Below are positions 35,259-40,668 of a DNA stretch of 40,668 bases, one piece after another. Position numbers and translations under genes: made by a program. The stretch lies in the IMG/VR virus record IMGVR_UViG_3300010362_000048, positions 1 to 40,668 of that record; one strand, written 5' to 3'. The notes under the pieces were generated by a model that saw nothing but the letters and a program-made list of their open reading frames with translations, had not been told where the DNA came from and did not search any database. The first letter of the stretch is position 1. Every line of letters begins with the position of its first letter. The stretch comes from a virus (lineage: Duplodnaviria > Caudoviricetes).

Positions 35259-35495
35259 TCACCCCCGGCTCGTGGTCGTTAAAGTCGCGGCGCTGTAGTT
35301 CGTCACCGGCGCCGTGCCGGTGACGTTCACCGGTTGCCACGGTTGCGCGGTGTAGTTGGCGAGTAGGCGCTGGTGGCCGTACTCGTCCTGCTCGGCACGC
35401 AGCTGGTTGGCGTGCTGCACTGCTTTCAGCCACTCGGCGTGCGCCGGTTCCATCTGCTGCGCCTGATTCGGTGCTGACCGTTGTGGCGCGGGCAC
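35259..35495 (-). CDS. Hypothetical protein (78 aa)
   Basis: Fills the operon gap. Confidence 0.5.
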   Translation of the reverse strand: MPAPQRSAPNQAQQMEPAHAEWLKAVQHANQLRAEQDEYGHQRLLANYTAQPWQPVNVTGTAPVTNYSAATLTTTSRG

Positions 35496-35497
35496 GG

Positions 35498-35704
35498 TCA
35501 GGCGCTGAAAGGGCGGATCAACACGTCCACCCGCGTCAGGTCGAGGTCTTTGGGCATGCCCTCGCCCATCACGGCGCCGATCGCCGCCGCCTGCCCGTCC
35601 TTCGCGACGACCGCCTTCGGCCCGAGCACCAACCGCTCGATCGCGCCGTCCTCCGCTTGCTTTTTCGTGGGTTTCTCGATGATCACGATCTCAAATACAG
35701 GCAT
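35498..35704 (-). CDS. Conserved small phage protein (68 aa)
   Basis: GAGGAG RBS; FEI.I.EKPTKK...VL.PK.V.A.D....V.IRPF. Confidence 0.7.
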   Translation of the reverse strand: MPVFEIVIIEKPTKKQAEDGAIERLVLGPKAVVAKDGQAAAIGAVMGEGMPKDLDLTRVDVLIRPFSA

Positions 35705-35711
35705 CGTCTCC

Positions 35712-36746
35712 TCACAGTGCCGTGCCATCGGGCCGCCGGCCGCCGTTGCCGAAGCCCTTCACGGTCATCCGCCCCGGCGAACACGTGCATTCGTAGCCTT
35801 TGAGGTTCCCGATGTCCTCATCGGCGAGCCGACCATCGCCGTCGACGTCGTTGTTGAATTGTTTCGTTGCGATCGTCTCCCAGACCGTGAAGTCGATCGG
35901 GTGGCCGCGCCCGCTGTCGCCGAGGCCCCAGAGCCCGCCCGGCGCGAGCCGATCGAGACAGTCGTTCGCGCGCGCGTTCATCATGCCGGCGGACCAGCCT
36001 GGGTCGCATTGATAGAGCACGCCGTCGACCTTGCCGTAGTTCGCTTGCCAGAAGTCGGTGGGCGTCTGGTCGTTCGGTTGCCAGCTGATGTAGTGCGGGT
36101 AGAAGTGGATCATGATGCGGCAGCGCATCCCGATCAGCGCCGCGTCGTGATCGATCATCGCGCGCACGTCTTCCGGCGACCAGTAGTTCATCTCCCACGC
36201 GGGCGTCTCGACGTCCAGCACGCCGGCGGCGAGCAGGCGATTGATCAACGCGTCGGCGGCGCCCAGATCCGGCGGGTTGCCCGTGTAGAGCTTCGATCGC
36301 ATCAGGTGATGCACGAAGAGGCCGGCCTGTTTGCAGCGCGTCGCCATCGCGACGTAGGCGTCCTCGCTCATGCCGTTCGCAAACTCGTCCTGCGGCGAGA
36401 GCGAGATGTGCGTGTAGCCGTTGCGTTGATGCTGTTCGAGGATTTTCTCTTCCCAGTCGCGGCCGTAGCGCCCGAGGAAGTAGGTCAGCACGCGGTCCTG
36501 CGCCGGCCCGCTCGCGCCGCCGTTGACGAACGGCAGCCCGGGGATCGTCACGCCCCACGCATCCCCGCGCCACCAGCTCACGTCCGCTTTCGCGGGCGGC
36601 TGCTCGCGCAGCGTCGTCCAGACCGGCAGCGGCGCGCCGGTGTCGGGGTCCGTCGTGTCGGGGTCGAAGGGCGGGAGCGGGGTCCGCGGCGTCAGCGGCG
36701 CGCGCGGCCGCGCCGTCTCGCCCGTGAAGTACAGCACGTGACTCAT
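35712..36746 (-). CDS. Putative glycoside-hydrolase-like TIM-barrel protein
   Basis: GYTHI.L, GL.V, WEMN, IHF, GVLYQ and VWE strand pattern, reminiscent of clan GH-A enzymes. Confidence 0.45.
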   Translation of the reverse strand: MSHVLYFTGETARPRAPLTPRTPLPPFDPDTTDPDTGAPLPVWTTLREQPPAKADVSWWRGDAWGVTIPGLPFVNGGASGPAQDRVLTYFLGRYGRDWEEKILEQHQRNGYTHISLSPQDEFANGMSEDAYVAMATRCKQAGLFVHHLMRSKLYTGNPPDLGAADALINRLLAAGVLDVETPAWEMNYWSPEDVRAMIDHDAALIGMRCRIMIHFYPHYISWQPNDQTPTDFWQANYGKVDGVLYQCDPGWSAGMMNARANDCLDRLAPGGLWGLGDSGRGHPIDFTVWETIATKQFNNDVDGDGRLADEDIGNLKGYECTCSPGRMTVKGFGNGGRRPDGTAL

Positions 36747-36750
36747 GGCG

Positions 36751-37116
36751 TCACGCGGCGTTCGGCAGCCGGCCGAGCACGTAGCTGTAGATCGGGTCCC
36801 CGGAGGCGGGGCGCGTCCAGCTCGTCACGATGTTGCCCACCTGGCCGAATTTTTCGTAGGGCCCGATCGCCCCGGCGAGATGAAACACGCCCTTCTGGCC
36901 CGGCTCCTGCGAGAGGTACTGGCTGCCGTTGGTCTGGAAGCTCACGGTGCCGTCGCTGTTAGTGACGATGGCCTGAAACCCGGAGCCGTTGATCGGCTCG
37001 TCGTCGTGGAGCGGATCAAAGAACAGCGCGTACTGGCAGCCGGTGGGCGGCGGCAGCTCGGTCAGGTCGGGGTCGAGCTGCAGCACGTGGTGGTAGAACC
37101 AGCGGAGGATCGTCAT
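36751..37116 (-). CDS. Protein with fascin-like (beta-trefoil) repeat (121 aa)
   Basis: NSDGTVSFQTNGSQYLSQEP.....A.AIGPYEKF; AAAGGA RBS before MTILRW. Confidence 0.55.
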   Translation of the reverse strand: MTILRWFYHHVLQLDPDLTELPPPTGCQYALFFDPLHDDEPINGSGFQAIVTNSDGTVSFQTNGSQYLSQEPGQKGVFHLAGAIGPYEKFGQVGNIVTSWTRPASGDPIYSYVLGRLPNAA

Positions 37117-37364
37117 CGTCGGTGTCCTTTCAGCGGGAGCAGGAGTTGGTGTTGCCGGGTGTTCCACGCGTCGCGACGCCAGCTCACCGTCGCGAACACC
37201 TGTCCGCACGTCTGACACAGCTCGTCTTCGTTCACGCAGTCCTCGTGGACGATCACCGTCCGCACGACCGGTCCCACGTGGCCGGTGCGACACGACACCT
37301 CATCCTTTTTCAGCCCTCTTCGATCGCCGGCGCCTCGGGTTTTCCACATTTCCACAATTTCCAC
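37113..37364 (-). CDS. Hypothetical protein or separated C-terminus of the replication initiator
   Basis: In frame with 37416..37883 beyond its TAA. Contains CQTC. Confidence 0.4.
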   Translation of the reverse strand: MEIVEMWKTRGAGDRRGLKKDEVSCRTGHVGPVVRTVIVHEDCVNEDELCQTCGQVFATVSWRRDAWNTRQHQLLLPLKGHRR

Positions 37365-37485
37365 ACGCCGTACCTGTCTTGCTCCTGTTGGTTCCTGCTC
37401 CTGTTCCTGTTCCTGTTACTGATTTGGGGAACGTTGCCGAAACCGTCGCGCAACGTTCGCCAAACCATGGCGAAACGTTTCCTGC
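37340..37485. other. Putative replication origin: DnaA-box-like triplet, QE repeat and quasi-palindromic iterons
   Basis: TTTTCCACA/ATTTCCACA/ATTTCCACA at 37340-37365; gaaacgtt/gaaaccgt/caacgtt repeats at 37428-37482. Confidence 0.5.
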
Positions 37486-37883
37486 CACGGCTTCGGGAGC
37501 AGCTCGACCGACGCCTGGAACGCCTCGTAGAGCGGCGTCGTGGGGACCTCGGTCAGGTCCCGCAGCGCGCCGCGCAGCACGTTTTCGTTCTCGGGCGGGT
37601 TCCAGACAAACCACGAGGGAATGCAGATCACGCCGGCGGCGGGGTCGTGCAGCCACTCGAAGGCGGTCAGCACGCGCGGCAGCCGGTCGGCGAGGATCTC
37701 GATCGGCAGGCCCATGTCCTCGGCCGCCAGCGCGAGCGAGAAGCGATAGAACCCGAGCCGGTTCGCCTGCGGCGTCGTCAGCAGGTAGATCGCGATGAGC
37801 TTGTCGACCAGATCGAGCTTGCGCATCTCGGGATTACTCCAGAGGCGCGTGTAGATTTTGCGGTAGCGACTGATGGCGGTCAT
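37416..37883 (-). CDS. Phage replication initiator N-terminal domain (apparently truncated)
   Basis: RYRKI...LW.N...RKL....KL..IYLLT.P..NRLG.Y......AEDMG...W...NPPEN.NV. Confidence 0.75.
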   Translation of the reverse strand: MTAISRYRKIYTRLWSNPEMRKLDLVDKLIAIYLLTTPQANRLGFYRFSLALAAEDMGLPIEILADRLPRVLTAFEWLHDPAAGVICIPSWFVWNPPENENVLRGALRDLTEVPTTPLYEAFQASVELLPKPWQETFRHGLANVARRFRQRSPNQ

Positions 37884-38068
37884 GCGGGCCTCGGGGGCAG
37901 GTACGTCGAGCGGCCCACTTCACGCTGGCAGCGCCGGCAGCGCCAGATGATCGTGGCGGGACGGTGGATCGTGCCGCCGCTCGTGCGCCGCAGGGTGAGG
38001 TACGGATCGTGGTCGCCGAGCCAGCAGCGCCAGAAGCGCGGCGGGCGGTCGCGATGGCTGGACAACAT
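37880..38068 (-). CDS. Small Cys/His hypothetical protein
   Basis: C.LG.H...W.C.RC; ATGA overlap. Confidence 0.5.
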   Translation of the reverse strand: MLSSHRDRPPRFWRCWLGDHDPYLTLRRTSGGTIHRPATIIWRCRRCQREVGRSTYLPPRPA

Positions 38069-38159
38069 CGCGTCTCGTTGAGCGTGAAGCGCGCACGGTC
38101 GGGCGACCGCGCGCGCGAATTAGCCGGCCGGCGCAAGCGCGCCGTGGCGACTCAACGGA

Positions 38160-39110
38160 TCAGAAGGGAAACGGGTCGTGATAGTACGTCACGCCGTGGT
38201 GCGGGACCGTCACGGTCGCGACCTCGGTGTCGGTCGTCGGCTTCGTCTTGCGTCGGGTCTTGCGATACGCCTGATCTTCCGCGTCGAGATAGTCCCACAC
38301 GACGCGCGCCGCGAGAAACGTCGGCAACAGCGCCGGCACGGCCTCGACCTCAACGACCTCGAACGCCGGGTCGTCGACCGTCTTCGGCAGTCGCACGATC
38401 AGACCGGCCGGCGGGCGGTCGCTGTGCCCCATCTCGACGAGCGCCGCGCGGTACGCCACGTTCTGCAGGCGCGCCTCGCCGTAGACCTTCTTGCCGGTCT
38501 TCACATCGATCACGGTCTCGCGGCCGTTGACGAGCGCGATCAGGTCGACGGTGCCGGCATACGACCGGCGCAGATCGTAGACCACCGTCTCGATGAAGAG
38601 CGGCTTGAGGTCGACGGTCTTTGTCCAGTCCTGCCACGCCATGAACGCCCACTGCGCGGCGTCGACCACGGCGGGCTCGGGGCCCACCGGGTGGCCGATC
38701 TGTTGTTTCAGCGTCCACTCGATGAGCGCGTGCGTCTGGGTGCCGATGTCCGCGGCCTTGTCGCGGGCGCGCGTGTGCGCCTTCACATGCCCGATGCGCT
38801 GTTCGAGCGAGAGCTGATAGCCGGCGGCCGGGAGCTGATGCGGCAGCGTCGCGGCGTCGGCGTAGAGCGCGGTCGCGGCCTCGATGCAGAGCGCGCGCTC
38901 CTGATTGGCCGCCCACCCGACGAGCGCCGGCTTGTTGATGGCGCCGGCGATCGTGGTGACGCTGGGGAGCTTGTGCTCGTGGCCCTCGCTGTCCTCGATG
39001 AAGTAGAAGCGCCCGTCCTGCGTGTCGTGCCGGCGCGCCTTCTTCGGGCGGGCCGGCGCCGCCGGGACGATGAGCGGATGCTCGAAGCGCACGAGATTAG
39101 AAGGGGACAC
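38160..39110 (-). CDS. PD-(D/E)XK exonuclease (Cas4/RecB-like recombination nuclease)
   Basis: LPSVTTI, KPAL..WAA, GT..HALIE, YAGTVDLI, VIDVKTGK and Q..AY. Confidence 0.88.
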   Translation of the reverse strand: MSPSNLVRFEHPLIVPAAPARPKKARRHDTQDGRFYFIEDSEGHEHKLPSVTTIAGAINKPALVGWAANQERALCIEAATALYADAATLPHQLPAAGYQLSLEQRIGHVKAHTRARDKAADIGTQTHALIEWTLKQQIGHPVGPEPAVVDAAQWAFMAWQDWTKTVDLKPLFIETVVYDLRRSYAGTVDLIALVNGRETVIDVKTGKKVYGEARLQNVAYRAALVEMGHSDRPPAGLIVRLPKTVDDPAFEVVEVEAVPALLPTFLAARVVWDYLDAEDQAYRKTRRKTKPTTDTEVATVTVPHHGVTYYHDPFPF

Positions 39111-39624
39111 GGTTCACCGCCTCCCCGTTGAGCGGCTGGTTGCCACGCGGCTGCGCGCGCTCGACGACGCGCACGTAGTCCTGCGCGACGAGCTTCGGCG
39201 ACGTGCGCACAGGCGGCACGACGCCCACGACGTTCGCGTAGGTTTGCCCGCCGTCTTTCAGCGCCGCGATCGTCTGCAGCTGGCAGTTGGCGCCGAGGAG
39301 CTTCAGCAGATTGAACCCGGTCAGCTCCTCCGCCGTGAACGCCTTCCCGCGCCAGCTCTCCAGATCGCGGCGCAGCGTCGCCTTCTGATTGAGGCTGTTC
39401 GTGTAGACGCGCGAGACAAGGTAGCGGCGTTTGCTGGTCTCGTCGACTTCGCCGAGCTGCCAGACGACCTTCACGCGGTACTTCGGGCCGAAGGCGGTCG
39501 GCACCTGGCCGAGGTTGATGACGTCGACGCAGACGGCGGCGTGCAGGCCGTCGGGCGCCGCGGGCCCGCTGGTCCGCTCGTCGCGCGCCATGATCGGCGC
39601 TTCTGGTATCGTGTGGTCAGCCAT
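39097..39624 (-). CDS. Phage SSB-like / NGO0469-like replication protein
   Basis: G.H.AVC.DV..LG, YT.SL..KA.LR.DLESWRG..FT.EEL.GF.L..LLG..CQL and YANV; C-terminal VPF. Confidence 0.75.
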   Translation of the reverse strand: MADHTIPEAPIMARDERTSGPAAPDGLHAAVCVDVINLGQVPTAFGPKYRVKVVWQLGEVDETSKRRYLVSRVYTNSLNQKATLRRDLESWRGKAFTAEELTGFNLLKLLGANCQLQTIAALKDGGQTYANVVGVVPPVRTSPKLVAQDYVRVVERAQPRGNQPLNGEAVNRVPF

Positions 39625-39654
39625 GCGTTGCACCCTCCATCGGTGCGGTCGTGG

Positions 39655-39900
39655 TTAGCGGACGGCCGCGGTTGCGGCCGCGGCCGTCTCGCGTTCTGCC
39701 TCGAACGTGATCGGAAACAGTTCTTCGGGCTCGATGCCCAGTCCCGCCCGCGCAATGCGGACGATCGTTTCGTAGTAGGACGTCCGATACGGCTGCCGCG
39801 CCGTTTCCAACCGCGAGATCGTCGCCTCATCGAGCCCGGCCCGGTCGGCCAGCTCTTTTTGGGTGAGACCCTTAAGTTTCCGGGCAGTTTTCAGCGTCAT
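39655..39900 (-). CDS. Cro-like XRE HTH protein
   Basis: LKTARKLKGLTQKELADRAGLDEATISRLE; divergent from the repressor. Confidence 0.88.
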   Translation of the reverse strand: MTLKTARKLKGLTQKELADRAGLDEATISRLETARQPYRTSYYETIVRIARAGLGIEPEELFPITFEAERETAAAATAAVR

Positions 39901-39917
39901 ACAGAACTAAGTTAGGC

Positions 39918-39946
39918 ATTATAGGACCGGCTCCACATCTGCGCAA
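39918..39946 (-). promoter_or_regulatory. Early lytic (cro) promoter
   Basis: TTGCGC-N17-TATAAT, 17 nt before the cro ATG, with no clear SD. Confidence 0.7.
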
Positions 39947-40032
39947 GGGGCTAACTCGGCCCCGGAGAGGGATTTTGCGAACTAGTAGTTTTTCAGGCAG
40001 ACTTCGCTAAAATTGTCTGTAATAGTGACGGC

Positions 40033-40602
40033 GTGCCGCCCCCGGTGATGTTGCAACTCTCGTATGATACGTATGTGGATGCTGCGCTGCGCGAGCGGAT
40101 TGGCGCTCGCCTGAAGGGCCTCCGCGCGGAACGGAAACTCCATCAGGCCCAACTGGCCGACATGGCCGGGGTGTCGACGGCGACCTTGCAGGCCGTCGAA
40201 TACGGGCAGCGCCCGGTGCGGCAGGCGTCGATCGACGCCATCGCCCACGCACTGGGCACGTCCCTCGCCAGCCTCCGCGCCGAGCAGGACCCGTATCACG
40301 GGACGACCGCGAGTCCGCCGCTCAATCACGAGGACCTGCAGGTCGCGCAGCTGTTCCACGACGCCTCGACGACCACGCGCGCCGAGGTCCTGAACCTGCT
40401 CAAGGGCCGGCAGACGCCCGCGCAGCTGCAGGCCGTGCGCGACAGTCAGGACGCGCTCGTGCAGATCGTGTTGAAGACGCATGAGCAGGTCGCCCGCCTC
40501 GCCAAGGTGCTCGATGGCGCCGCCGACGACACGCCGCCGGGCGTGGTCACGGTGACGGTCCCGCACTCCTCGCTCCTCGGCACGAAGGGGCGCGTGGAGT
40601 GA
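40033..40602 (+). CDS. CI-like XRE HTH repressor (start uncertain)
   Basis: IGARLKGLRAERKLHQAQLADMAGVSTATLQAVEYG...IAHALGTS. No S24 peptidase motif seen. Confidence 0.85.
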   Translation: MPPPVMLQLSYDTYVDAALRERIGARLKGLRAERKLHQAQLADMAGVSTATLQAVEYGQRPVRQASIDAIAHALGTSLASLRAEQDPYHGTTASPPLNHEDLQVAQLFHDASTTTRAEVLNLLKGRQTPAQLQAVRDSQDALVQIVLKTHEQVARLAKVLDGAADDTPPGVVTVTVPHSSLLGTKGRVE

Positions 40603-40668
40603 CGAAAAAAAAAGGGGGGGGGGGGGGGGGGGGCGCGCCAGCCCGACAACCCCGCCGGCGGGGGCGCC

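Noticed and set aside
39901-39995. AACTAAGTT and AACTAGTAGTT dyads as CI/Cro operators
   Set aside because: The location is plausible, but the dyads are too short and inconsistent in spacing to support.

Overview
The window is a near-complete, high-GC temperate bacteriophage genome of about 40.7 kb with a P22-like (short-tailed) virion module. It is probably circular and opened between the CI-like repressor (right end) and the + strand genes at the left end. Both ends have low-complexity poly-G that is probably artefact. Almost all genes are on the minus strand. From right to left: divergent cI/cro switch, SSB-like and PD-(D/E)XK exonuclease genes, a truncated replication initiator followed by DnaA-box-like repeats, a fascin-like and glycoside-hydrolase-like pair, excisionase, tyrosine integrase, and an attP-like gap holding a chromosomal-type parS site. 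Next come a two-frame (EcoHK31I-type) C5 methyltransferase, a DpdA/TGT-like enzyme, terS and terL, and a ~5 kb accessory block between terL and portal. The virion genes follow: portal, scaffold, coat, gp4/gp10/gp26/gp14-like tail genes, an expanded ejection-protein cluster containing an HhH-GPD glycosylase-like gene, an antisense SieA-position membrane gene and two paralogous tail appendages. The most striking non-coding signals are (i) a thrice-repeated cassette of 18-bp palindromic operator, extended -10 and RBS hairpin that links the integrase to accessory operons, and (ii) two homologous promoter-leader-terminator units gating the late genes. Family names come from recalled motifs and synteny; no database searches were run.
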